A DNA stretch of 63,758 nt, the filler included, from Collodictyon triciliatum (Eukaryota), in assembly GCA_043381765.1 (NCBI GenBank). It is 17 parts of 17 records of this genome, joined end to end, with 100 filler letters (N's around TTAATTAATTAA, not from the genome) between each part and the next. Parts side by side here need not be neighbours in the genome. Positions count along the whole stretch, not along the records: positions 49,216 to 53,217 come from JBHJMP010006608.1; positions 53,318 to 57,319 come from JBHJMP010006609.1; positions 57,420 to 61,422 come from JBHJMP010006610.1; positions 61,523 to 62,552 come from JBHJMP010006714.1; positions 62,653 to 63,758 come from JBHJMP010006715.1; 12 more parts are not named here. One strand, written 5' to 3'. Below the pieces are notes generated by a model that was given only the letters and a program-made list of their open reading frames with translations, was not told the DNA's origin and did no database searches. The position numbers were made by a program, and so were the translations under genes. Shown here piece after piece: positions 52,226 through 63,758 of this stretch (position 1 is the first letter of the stretch; every line of letters begins with the position of its first letter).

Positions 52226-52416
52226 CGCAAACTCAAAGTTTCATTTAATTTCTTTGGGGGTTCATTGCTAGAGGATTTTCTTGGTTGGGTGGAGGTAATG
52301 AGCTGAGGTGGTTCATCATCATCTTCTTGTTACGATTCGAGTGATCGTGTCCTGGAGGGTTGGGCATGCCTTTCACCCCTGGACTGCGTAGGTTGCGAGA
52401 GTTTACGATTGTGTTT

Positions 52417-52533
52417 ACCTTGGTGTTTGCCCCAAAGGAACCAAAGCCAACATCTTCACCATCCAAAGCCAACATCTTCACCATCCTGCACAAAATTAAA
52501 AGGAAGAATAAAAAAAAACCTTGGTGTTTGCCC
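52417..52533 (+). mobile_element. ~85-bp poly(A)-tailed micro-retroposon with 16-bp TSD (ACCTTGGTGTTTGCCC)
   Basis: TSDs at 52417-52432 and 52518-52533; insert ends CATCCTGCACAAAATTAAAAGGAAGAATAAAAAAAA and has an internal ~22-bp duplication. Confidence 0.8.
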
Positions 52534-52589
52534 TGGTGCTTTTCATGTTTTTCATCGTGTTTGGGCTTCACTTTCTTTCGGAGAGAAGT

Positions 52590-53060
52590 ATGAAAGGTGA
52601 GCAGAATTCTTGCAAGCCTATTTTCTCTTCTGGCACTCTGGACAGTTCTGATGCCAGAAACTTGACCATCGCGTCATTGGTTCAGATACCGTCCACAGCT
52701 TTGTAGTAAACTACGGTAGGCGAAAACATCGCTTTGCAGGCCTCTTCAATGTCTATCTTGGTGACGCCAGAGGGGGAATATCGTTGATAGCTGAGTGAAG
52801 AGGCGGCCTTTCTTGGTATGGATGGAAAGAGCGAATGGGTAGTTTAAACTCTCCTGCCTCGGCAAACTATGTGACATTTTCTTGGCGTGGGAAGGCTATT
52901 GTGTATCATTGGGGTTGATCTTACAGTTGCATGAAGACGTTCTCCTCGTGGTAATTGAATTCTCTAAGGACTCAAGTGAGTAATTTCTTCACTTCGGTTG
53001 CGGGCTTCGTGGTTGTGGGGAAGTTTGTGCTTACCTCGAAGGCGAACGTAGCAGCTTGCT
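52590..53060 (-). pseudogene. Possible degenerate LINE ORF1 (RRM-like) remnant
   Basis: Intronless stop-interrupted frames: YTIAFPRQENVT*FAEAG and SGVTKIDIEEACKAMF..VDGI*TNDAMVKF; resemblance judged by eye only. Confidence 0.35.
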
Positions 53061-53317
53061 CCGTACAAGTTCTGCACCTGGGCTCTCTTTGATCAGGGAA
53101 TCGGCGTGGCAGAGGGGTCTTTGTCGAGTTGTGTACTCGATTCTCGTGCATTCGAGTGTGTTTGTCTCAAGCTTGCGCTTTCGACTCCCTCACCCTCCCC
53201 CCTACCCACACCCACACNNNNNNNNNNNNNNNNNNNNNNNNNNNNNNNNNNNNNNNNNNNNTTAATTAATTAANNNNNNNNNNNNNNNNNNNNNNNNNNN
53301 NNNNNNNNNNNNNNNNN

Positions 53318-54019
53318 CACGTGAAATTGAGGTTTGTTTTGAAAGTGCTCAGCTTTATCAATGGGATGGTTGCTCGGGTCAATTTCTCCACTCTGAAAGC
53401 TTTTGTTGATATCCCGGTTGTTATCGCATTTATCTATTGTTGGTAGCAAGGGACAATATTTCTCGTTTTCTTGGACCAGTGAAAAGCATGTCTCGTCGTA
53501 AAATTCCAAAAGTATTTGTAATGCGTCATCGACTTTCATGGATAGAAACTCATCCTTTGTATATTGGCATCTAAAAATTAGTTGTCAGATATTTAGATAA
53601 TAATATGAAACTCCAAATCGAATAAAGGAAAAATATAAGAATGAATAGGATGGCTGCCCTACTTTCCAGGTGGTTTGAATGAGGAACATAAGACCGCAAG
53701 AAATATCATCGAAATGATTACAACGAACGCTCTCCATTTCCTTCAAAAACATATTTTTAGTTGAAAAATAGATAAGTTATTCTACGTAAAATGTAAATTA
53801 AAAATGTAGTATGGAACGAAACGGAGCGAACTAAATATTTGATGTAAATTCAAATAAATTAAATTCATTCACTCTTGGTATTTCATATATTTCCTATCTT
53901 CGACCCGAAATTTTATACATGTAAATATGTAAAATCAGAGCCCTTTGGTTTATTTATGTTTCTTACTTGAGACTACTGCAATTTATCGAACACACACAAC
54001 CACGCTCTAGGAGGGGCAT
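53318..54019 (-). CDS. Hypothetical type II membrane protein (5' part)
   Basis: Tentative splicing MPLLERGC..SLK|KWRAFVVIISMIFLAVLCSSFKPPGK|CQYTKDEFLSMKVDDALQILLEF..; runs into the spacer. Confidence 0.4.
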
Positions 54020-55331
54020 ATTTGCAGCTGAATTCTGATGAAACATATTTATCTCATGTAGTATTCAATAAATATACTTGTAAGACTGAAATTCTGTTCA
54101 TACCATTATGAACATTTGGAGATGTTACAAATTCTCTATTCATTGAGATTTTTGAAGAAATAATTATTTTTGTATTATTGATGCGATATCTTATTTTATA
54201 CTGTATCTTTTAGAGAAAATCGATGTAAACTATTCTTGTTTGGGGTCATAAGGAATGAATAGAATTTTCAAATAGTACAACAAATTTGAAAGTTCGATAG
54301 TAGCTAAAAGAAATAACAATGAAGTGTCCAACTACATTTGCGGTTCATATAAACGACTTTAAGTCCTAAATCCGCAACCATTAACCTTTGAAATATATTT
54401 TGTGATTCAAGATATCAATTAGATATGGAAAGTCATATATAGGCGCACTGACTCTTTTGTATTGTCACCGTTTCAGAATATAATTATAGTATTATCTATA
54501 TTCCTTTCTGAAGGGTGGGTGAGCCTTTTTTTTTTTGTTTTTTGTTTTTTTTTTGTTATTGTCATTGTTTTACTATTTACAATCAATCAGTGCAGAAGAA
54601 TTAATAATTGAATCTCTGGTGTAAAGATGGGTATCTCCATGAATTTTGAGAGCAAAAGCAGATGTTACTTTAATTATCAAAAACAAATGGCTTTAGAGAC
54701 TTACGCTTATTTGGAATGTGTGAATCGTAACGTTTTTACTTACTTTTAAACTGATAACGTGTGACAGTACTTTTTTATTTTCATACGATACCACAATCGG
54801 AGCACGAGGATGCCGGGTGCATTTCCTAATGACCGACCACCACGCTGCCACCGGGCTTCCGAGTAAAGCCGTGTAAACAAAGTCCAAATGACGTACGTCG
54901 AAGCAATAGATCTCGCAGAATTTAAAAGGAATAAAGATAAATGAAGTTAGAGCCTACTGCCTCGTTCAATTTCATTCTCTTTTTCAAATTGTTTAATGTA
55001 TTATATATTTAGAATCTAGGACCGAAAATGAGTGTGTACCTTTCAGGAATACTTTTACTTTTCTGAGTTCGGGTTAGGTGTGCAGAAAGCATGATAGTAT
55101 CACACAATGGGCATTATCCAAGCCGTATTCATAAACCCCAAACGTTGTAGCAGACGCATCCGTGAGAAACGATATTTACTATCAGTCGTTCACAGTCAAA
55201 GCTCCTTACTCAACTCTTAATTCATGTCCAGAGTGGTCATAAAAGGGTGTCAGCAACAAAGTTGCGACCAGAATCTCCAGGACAGAAGCTACATGCTTTC
55301 AATCAAGTAAATACACTTGTAATCAGAACTC

Positions 55332-55450
<119 letters not shown>

Positions 55451-56759
55451 GTTCTTCCTCAGGTTTGGCAGCGAGCATCACGCGGACGTGACAAACGGCG
55501 GTGCGTGTGGTTTTTTATTCGAGCATCACTTGTCATTTGATCGAAGCGGGATTTTTCCGAGTTTGTCGAAGTTGGTGCCGAGTGATGATGTGATGGGAGT
55601 GGATGTATTTCTCCGACTTTGATGATGGGACACCAAACANNNNNNNNNNNNNNNNNNNNNNNNNNNNNNNNNNNNNNNNNNNNNNNNNNNNNNNNNNNNN
55701 NNNNNNNNNNNNNNNNNNNNNNNNNNNNNNNNNNNNNNNNNNNNNNNNNNNNNNNNNNNNNNNNNNNNNNNNNNNNNNNNNNNNNNNNNNNNNNNNNNNN
55801 NNNNNNNNNNNNNNNNNNNNNNNNNNNNNNNNNNNNNNNNNNAAAAACAAAAAACAAAAAAAAACGAAAAAAAGAAAAAGAAACAAAAAGTAAAGAGGAC
55901 TGAGGAGGATGCCAACATTCTATCTAGGGCTGGTAGAACAGTATATTGGGTTGCGATTGTTAGTTACGAAGACGGTTTCCACGAAGCACCTAGGAATCGA
56001 GAGCGACCTTGTCGAGAGACAGGACGACACAGAGACCTTTCGAGCTTTGCTTCGACCTCATCGTGATTCTGTGGCTTTGATCCAATAAAACATGATTTGT
56101 GCTCGGATAGTTTGGTGGGCGCAAAAGAAAAGATCAAAGGTTGCGTGATCAAACCACAGGGAACATTCGATGAATATCCGCCGAAAAATATTATATTTCA
56201 AATATTTAATGTGGAAAATATGTTTAATTACCCAGCCTCGCGTCAGTGTGCGTAATGTTGTGACAACAGGTTGTAAAGATTCAACATACGCAATATAAAA
56301 GAAGAATTTAGTGATTAGGCTCCAACACGCGCCGGTATTTTCCTAGAATCCCTCGTTAGTGACACATATCCACACATGCGAGTAATGGGCGGCAACGAAA
56401 CGGGCTCCAGGATTCTAACAAAGCTATTTATTCACTCACTCCCATGATGTGGGATACGAAAATTCTTATGTTCTAACAAGACGACCCGTCCTTATGAAGG
56501 GGCGCAGGAGAGAAATGGAAGCCAGACTTAAAAAGTATCTTCAATGCTGACGATCTATGCGCGAATATAAATAGGTTAGGGAGGTGATACAGCAGATTCT
56601 CTATCGAAGGAAGAAACATGTTTTTTTGATTCATCAGCAGAGTGAGACTAGTACAAAACTAATGCATATTTTGTCATCTATAGAGATCTTTTAAACCCGA
56701 ACAAAAATAATAATTTTTTTTAATAAATATTGAGAGAAAATGTCAAAGACAGTTCCGTA

Positions 56760-57319
56760 CATGCATGCTCTTCAAAATAAGCTTTCGCAAGTTGGGCATA
56801 TCTCTGAAGTAGTTGCCGATGTGGGGATGCTGGGATAATAAAAAAATAAATAAAACTGGCTTGGTCTACACATGGAGCGTTGGAATTATGAGATTGTTTA
56901 GTTTGGAAGATCATAATTATTCTTTTTACATACTGGGGTATTGTCTTCGAGATTCAGCATTTTCAGGTTTGTCAAGAATCGAATTTCAGGAACAAGTGAA
57001 GTTATCTAATAAAGGAGTACAAAGTCGCTGGTAAATGGAATGAAAAAGTAACTAAAAAAAAAAGAAGAAGAATAAACTGAGATAAATCAACCTTATTTGA
57101 TTGGAGCCACAAGTAGTTCAGCCCTGTAAGTCTTCCAATTGAATTTGGAATAGATGATATCTGCCCAGCAGAAATAAATTATTTCAAAAAAAAAAAAACT
57201 AGCAATATCCGCATTAACCCGAACAAATCACATTTTAAAAGATAAAAATCTTACAAGGTTGCTAGATATATACATGCCTTCCAACGATGTTATTTGGCAT
57301 AATACCTCGGGGAATTCTT
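56760..57319 (-). CDS. Leucine-rich-repeat protein (fragment)
   Basis: EFPEVLCQITSLEGMYISSNL|ISSIPNSIGRLTGLNYLWLQSNK|ITSLVPEIRFLTNLKMLNLEDNTP; 3' end unresolved. Confidence 0.8.
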
Positions 57320-57419
57320 NNNNNNNNNNNNNNNNNNNNNNNNNNNNNNNNNNNNNNNNNNNNTTAATTAATTAANNNNNNNNNNNNNNNNNNNNNNNNN
57401 NNNNNNNNNNNNNNNNNNN

Positions 57420-60320
57420 ACAAGTGCCTCTGCTGATATGGACTCAGACAACGTCGTGAACCCTTCGATGTCTGTAATCGAAAGTATTGAATTATGATGT
57501 GTTTTGCAAGCAGCTGGGGCTTTTCTTTCCTCCTGAAGCTCTAAACGTGATACTTCAAACACAACTATAGCGTCGAATACAGAAATATGATTATCTGATT
57601 TATTCAATACATAAATAAATGACCTGTGAACATCACCGTCACGTTCCTGCGGTCTAAAAACAGCTGGCCTTGGTTGTTTGAGTCTGACACTATTCTCTTG
57701 ACAACAGCCATGGGTACAAACTTTCCGAAAGACTGCAAAGCTGTGTCCATTACCTGGTTATATAAAATATATGAGCTTCACATTTTTGATTTTTCAATAT
57801 TATTTCCAAACTATAAAAAAGTATTATAACCTGGAATGAAGATTGAATCATTCGAATTTCTCGTAGATTAGAGTTCGAACCTCCCTGTTGTGCGAGCGAA
57901 GATTTGAATCATTTTTTAAAAAAAATTATTAATTTTTTATTAGGTTCTTTCCGTCACTCTATCCTTACAGATGATTTATTTTCGAAGTTGAGCTTGGATA
58001 TGTTTTGCATTGCATCGGCTACAACGTTGAGTGGCCTTTTTTTTATGAAAGACACGCTTCGTCAGTAACTATATATTTCATTTTGAAAATCTCCTGAAAG
58101 TCATTTTTTCAGATATAATTTTACCTGCTAATGTAGGTTGAAACCACCATGGTTATTATCAGAGTAACAACGAATAGAGCAGCAGTGAGAGAGGATGATA
58201 GCACAATCATACTGTCCACCTTTGAGAAGATATCACTGCGAGGAATTAGAATGACCACGGTCTAAATGTAATCGAAAGGTAAAATTATCTATAATAACCT
58301 GTAAAATGGTCTTAGTAAAAAATTATTTCAGTTGCCTTAATTCTATTTTAGAATATAACATATGAAAAAAAAATTTACCCATTCTATGCCTCCTCTTGGG
58401 TCAACTAAAGTTGTTGAAAAAGTGAAGTATTCTTCATCACCTCTGTAAACCGAGAATTTTCGAACACCTTTAATAATCTCTATCCCCCCATCAGCAGTCT
58501 TTCTCAGTTTCTGGGCATCAATTGTCAATTTTAAATATCAATTAAAAAGAGGGAAGATAAGAGACCATGTAAAAATTTTTTACTAACATTTCCAGACTTG
58601 ACCATGAGCTGATTCTTAGAATTCGAATAATGAACCATTTTGACGTCCTTATCTACTATCGACACACCCAACGTATTGGCGATGATTTTTCCGTCCTTGA
58701 TATTATTGCAGGATTTTTTATTTTATTTAATATTATTAATTTTTTATCCAAATAGTGGTTTTATTTGAGGTGTTGGTTTTATTTCATCTACCTTCTGAAG
58801 GATGTAAGCCTGTCCGTTGTCACTTGTTTTAATTCCTTTCAGCTTATCTTGGATCAAATTTAATGTCATTCCGATGTTATTAACACCAATCAGCCTAGCT
58901 GTTTTTGAAAACGATTAAGATATTGAATACATATTCTTTATGATATTGAAGAAAATTGAAATCAATATTTGGTATATTAATAAAATAAAGATTCCGATTC
59001 TTCAAAGATTACTTTGATTGATATCCTTGAATATAGGCCTTACAGCACCCATAGCCAGAACTCCACCTCCTGCACCAACTGAAGCATAAACAGGAGACCA
59101 TGTGGGACTACCCTTGATTTTTCCTGCTTTGTACCTTTCCACAGAAAATAAAATATTATTTGATGTAATTAATATTGAAACTTCAAGGTCGTTTCTTTAA
59201 AAAAATATTTCACCATGGTCTAATAGTAGCGTTGTAAGGACTACTCTTTCTTATATTTAGTTCGCTAAATGGAGTCATTATTGTAGCTCTAGTCATGTAT
59301 GCATCTCTCAACTCGAAATTAGTCTCAGGTCCGGAACACATGAAAGTTGAAGAACCTCTATCAGTGACATGGACTTAAAAATTGATGAAATTAGTTTTGT
59401 TATTTCGATATTAATATCAGGATAAAATGCAATTCATTTATCCTACTCTATTATAATGATTACCAAGAATGCTGCCATCTTCTATTCCAAAAAATACTTG
59501 AGATAGAAACTTGGAATTCTAAATTTCGTATTTAAAGAAAAAATAAATAAATGCGTTTTGAAATATAAATACTTATTTTATGTTTTACCTCAACAACTCC
59601 AAGGTTTATTAACCTTGCTACAAAATTATCACATCTGATACCGTTTCTTTCTAAATCCATTTGAAACAGGGATGGATCTATCAGCCTTAACATTTCGTGT
59701 GGAATGTCAAGAGATGCCTGTATCTCCTGCCGAATACGCTCTACAGTCTTCATATAAATTTAAAAATGATTCACCAGAGGTTTTATAATTTTCAATTTTG
59801 AAAAGTCTTATGCTGAGATAAAAACCTGGGTTTGCAGCTGGTCGGATACATCATTCACTGACTAATTATTTTGCAGCAGGTTTTGAATAAGTTTTTTAAT
59901 TGAAATAAAATTTAAATATAAATAAATATGTGTATAGATTGAATTTCGTTTTCATTAATCCTACCGAAAATCCGAATGTGTATGATGGAACCACACTCAC
60001 TAGTGCGACAGATACGACAGAAAAGAATGAAAGAAGAAGAATCGAATTCCGCAACGAAATGGTGCGTTTAATTCCATCCCTTAGCTCTGCCTGGAATGGT
60101 AAATATTAATATAATTGATTCAAAAGTTCAAATCTTGTATTTTGTTCATGATTATAAGTGACTAAATTTTTTTATCATAGAAGCAGCTGATAAATTGTCA
60201 CAAATTTTTTATCAAAAGTTAGACCTCAGCCCAAGCATTGTTGTTGGATTCTTTCGGGCCGGATGAGTCGTCGGATACCAATGATATGCGTGGTTTATTT
60301 TCTTGGTTGCGGGTTGACAT
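57420..60320 (-). CDS. Receptor-type class III adenylyl/guanylyl cyclase, TM-dCache-TM-HAMP-cyclase (5' part); paralog 2
   Basis: MSTRNQENKPRISLV; same TM1; IRPW|YKAGKIKGSPTWSPVY; DPRGGIEW|TVVILIPRSDIF; HAMP PLNVVADAMQNISKLNF; ALQSFGKFVP..RRNVTVMFT|DIEGFTTLSES contains the first metal-binding Asp. Confidence 0.9.
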
Positions 60321-61838
60321 TTCTTTCCAAAAATGAGGATATTTGTCTATAAGAGCATCCAATTTTAATTTTAATTTTATGTTATATTGTTTTACTTTTA
60401 AATAAATAGAGCACATTTTTTCATCAATTGCTCATGAATATCGTATTGCGCTTTATTTTTTCAGGTATTTTGATTAACATCGAAGAGGCATTCTGATTGG
60501 GAAAAAGAAATTTGACTTGATTTACACCGGCTATTTTCAATGTTAATAAAAGTCATTCAAAGTATTTAATTATTATAAACACAAGACTTCATAAATAATA
60601 CATCTATCATGTTGCTCATACCAAACCCATCATATTATTAAATATATAAATTTTTTATTCAAATCTCTCTGAATGTAATTACGCTCTATATTTTTCTGTG
60701 TTAAATGCGAGTTATTTGTTTCTTTTGGTTATTTTATTAGCTTGTCAAAATTCCATGCTCGATTTCTCTGTGAATTTATACATCAAAAATGCCTCTGGCC
60801 GTGCTCTGTCAATTTAAAGCTTGTGTAATTCATTTATACAGTGCGACTTTGAATTTATACTCACGGGAAAATATTCAAGAATATAAAATTAATTTTCAGC
60901 CGTTATGCAAATTACCCGAGCAAAGTTTCGTCATCGAATTCACTGGGAATCGGTTTGCTACAGCTTTTTACTAAAAAAATTAGTTATAGCGACTGTCTTA
61001 ATATTATTCCACTAAATTTAAGCCTTTTTAGCTCATGGAGCTTGAGGAGACCGTTACTTTTGTCTGCAAACAAATGTCTCTTTGGCGCGAGTTTGGATGA
61101 ATTTCGATGAAATTCAGCAATTGCATCTATTTTAACTGAATGGGAAGTGAATTCGCGGCAAATAATGTCAGTTCATAATTGATAAAGCCATTCATTCAGT
61201 GAAGTTCCATGCACTGCAAAGAATTTTAAGTAACGGCTTTGCACATTGCAAAAGTTCATTTAATATAATAGTTCTATTCTTACCTTCGAAATTTGCATTT
61301 GATATAAACCGCGCATCATGTTGTTAAACTAGCCTATTGACTGGTAATTGTTTATCGACCTAGTGAACAAAGACCCAAGATTGATCGACCTGTTGCACGA
61401 AGGACATAATTCATTATTTAATNNNNNNNNNNNNNNNNNNNNNNNNNNNNNNNNNNNNNNNNNNNNTTAATTAATTAANNNNNNNNNNNNNNNNNNNNNN
61501 NNNNNNNNNNNNNNNNNNNNNNAAAACACAATAAAACACAATAAAACACAATAAAACACAATAAAACACAATAAAACACAATAAAACACAATAAAACACA
61601 ATAAAACACAATAAAACAAAAGGCAAGGTAGATGGAAAAGGAGTAGCTTTGTGTTTTTTTTTTTTTTTTACAATAGTCTAAAGCGGGTATGTAGAGTAAA
61701 AGAGAGCAATCAGATAATTTTTCTGTCTCCGGCTCAGACTTCCGTTTCTTTTTTTCTTCTTTATGTAACGCACCGATTCCGTTGTGTTGTTTGGGGCGTT
61801 GCTCATGCTGGATGGTTCTCCTTCAAGTTTCTGGCCGC

Positions 61839-62365
61839 CTATTGGATATCGTCACTTGTCCATGTGCAATGCCAATTCTCATTGATGCCGTCCAGTTGGG
61901 CCATCGTCTCCGTGTCAATCTCAAAGTCGAAAATCTCCGTGTTTTCCTTCATTCGGTTTGGATTACTGGACTTGGGAATCACAACTGAGCATAAATGATG
62001 AGAATAAGCAAAAAGGAACAAATATGAGCATCGACCTAGAGATGTAATTTTTTTTAAGTCTAAGTTTAAGTTTAAGGAAAAATTAATAATCTCCACCTGC
62101 ACCCTTCTGCAAAACCCATCTTAGCAAAATCTGTGCCACAGTCTTATTATGCTTGTTCGCAGCACCAACAACGATAGGATTCTTTATCAGCTAATGAAAC
62201 AAAATCAGTATATAGGAATACACATGACATTTATAACTGGAGTGAGAGCTTAATTCATACCTTGTCACGACCCTTGGCAAGAGAAGAGTACCCTTCAAAG
62301 TGGATTTCGTTTTCATGGCAGAAATGAATCAATTCTTTCTGAGAAAGCAGAGGATGAAACTCAAC
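61839..62365 (-). CDS. Aldo-keto reductase (3' part)
   Basis: VEFHPLLSQKELIHFC..GYSSL; KTVAQILLRWVLQKG; VIPKSSNPNRMKEN..FDF. Confidence 0.92.
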
Positions 62366-63285
62366 CTTCAAAAGTTCATCATAAAAGCAAATCAAAATTA
62401 GCCCAGTCACATGAGAAAATTCCAAACAATCTAACATTGAACCATCTATTGTAAAAAAACAAAAAAACAAAAAAACAAAAAAACAAAAAAACAAAAAAAC
62501 AAAAAAACAAAAAAACAAAAAAACAAAAAAACAAAAAAACAAAAAAACAAAANNNNNNNNNNNNNNNNNNNNNNNNNNNNNNNNNNNNNNNNNNNNTTAA
62601 TTAATTAANNNNNNNNNNNNNNNNNNNNNNNNNNNNNNNNNNNNNNNNNNNNGTGATTTCATTTGCTTTTTCAGTTACCCCCCGTGTCCCCACGAAAAGG
62701 AATGCCGATGATGCCCTCTCCAAAGTCAAACTTAATAGGCGGAAAGCACTCGTAGATTTGTGAATACCGACAAAATGAGTAAATAAATAATGGAGCTTAT
62801 GGAAATCGCAAATGAATTTCATAGCTTACAAACAGACATTCTGGTTCTAGTCCATCGCTAATTCGAGACAAAGATAGGTTATCCCGTTCGCATCCTTTTT
62901 TCCTTCTTTTATACAATTTAAAGCTCACGAAGGATTAGCCTTAGAGAGGGGCGATAAAAGTGTGCATGGAGAACAGACGCGCGGAGAGTGATCAGATTCA
63001 TCCCATTTATTTGTTTGCTGGGCGGACAGTCGGCCAGGAAGAAGCAGAGGCTATCTAGCTAACGAAAGAGAGACATAGCAACGTATTCGGTGAAACTGAC
63101 TGCATAAGAAGGAGAAGAGAAGAAAAAAATAAAAGAAAAAGCAAGAGGCAATTATAGTATTGGGCGATGACTAAAAGAAATCGGAAAAAAAATGTGTTCT
63201 GTTGATGGCACATATTGCGCATTCACACTCGAGAGCTTCGAAGCAGGCAGTTCTCAGTGCGCATTGTCTGATGACCCCGGCCTTA

Positions 63286-63549
63286 TTAGTCATCTCCAGA
63301 GCGCGATCCTCGGGCCTTCTTGCCGTCGGAATGGCTTCCGCCAGACTTGCGCTTTCCGAATCCTCCGCGTCCCCCACGACCGCCTCGACCCCCGCGACCA
63401 CCTCGGCCTCCTCGCCCGCCTCGGCCCCCGCGTTTCATAGCGTTTCCGGCATTCTCCCAGTACTTCTTCTCTTCCTCCTCTTCCACAAAGCGAGCAGCAA
63501 CATCAGCCCCGGCAATTTGAATGGTTGCAGAGTCTTCCCCGCCTATGGC
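63286..63549 (-). CDS. Last exon of a La/LARP7-like RNA-binding protein (end of xRRM + RGG tail)
   Basis: IQIAGADVAARFVEEEEEKKYWENA resembles the xRRM beta4-alpha3 end (..GE.EK.YW); followed by about eight RGG units and a basic GKRK motif. Confidence 0.6.
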   Translation of the reverse strand, partial: AIGGEDSATIQIAGADVAARFVEEEEEKKYWENAGNAMKRGGRGGRGGRGGRGGRGGRGGRGGFGKRKSGGSHSDGKKARGSRSGDD

Positions 63550-63758
63550 CTGATGGGCAGCGCAATGTGTGAATAAAAGAAACAGTGCCTGAATGGCATA
63601 ATGTGAGCGGGCACAAAGATAGTATGGCCCAGGAGATGGGGTGGATTTAGTCTAGAGAGGTGTGTGTTCCTTTCGGGGGGGGGGGGGGGGGGGGGGGGAG
63701 AACCTTTTTTGGGGTGTTTGGGGAGGGGGAAGGGGGCAAGGGTCCCCTTTTTTCTCTT

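Noticed and set aside
56760-57500. Cyclase-LRR fusion
   Set aside because: Separated by the artificial spacer at 57320-57419.

Overview
Intron-rich eukaryotic (protist-like; aerobic mitochondrion implied by NDUFA5 and SDHAF3) genomic DNA using the standard code. The window is not continuous: it is about 17 unrelated contigs, most ~4.0 kb and in roughly decreasing length, joined by artificial 100-nt spacers (N44-TTAATTAATTAA-N44). Most contigs end in microsatellites, so adjacency across spacers means nothing. Manually spliced genes: two paralogous TM-dCache-TM-HAMP class III nucleotide cyclases, a PAK/Ste20 kinase, a signal-peptide WD40 + Cys-rich + FG-GAP-like protein, an M1 aminopeptidase homolog lacking its catalytic residues, CNOT11, a secreted single-HKD Nuc-like PLD, DTD1, a WKF-domain protein, an SLC44/CTL transporter, VPS13 (5' part), SWI5, ATG13, SDHAF3, NDUFA5, BCAT, an LRR protein, an aldo-keto reductase and a La-like 3' end. 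Mobile DNA: a decayed chromodomain Ty3/Gypsy element with its 3' LTR, two L1/Tx1-like LINE 3' remnants, and a family of 37-85 bp poly(A)-tailed insertions with target-site duplications. Best leads: a Swi5 with an apparent Hop2/Mnd1-like N-terminal winged helix, the dead M1 peptidase, the secreted WD40 mosaic protein, a candidate U12 minor intron, and the micro-retroposon family. All family assignments come from motif recognition by eye; no database searches were run.
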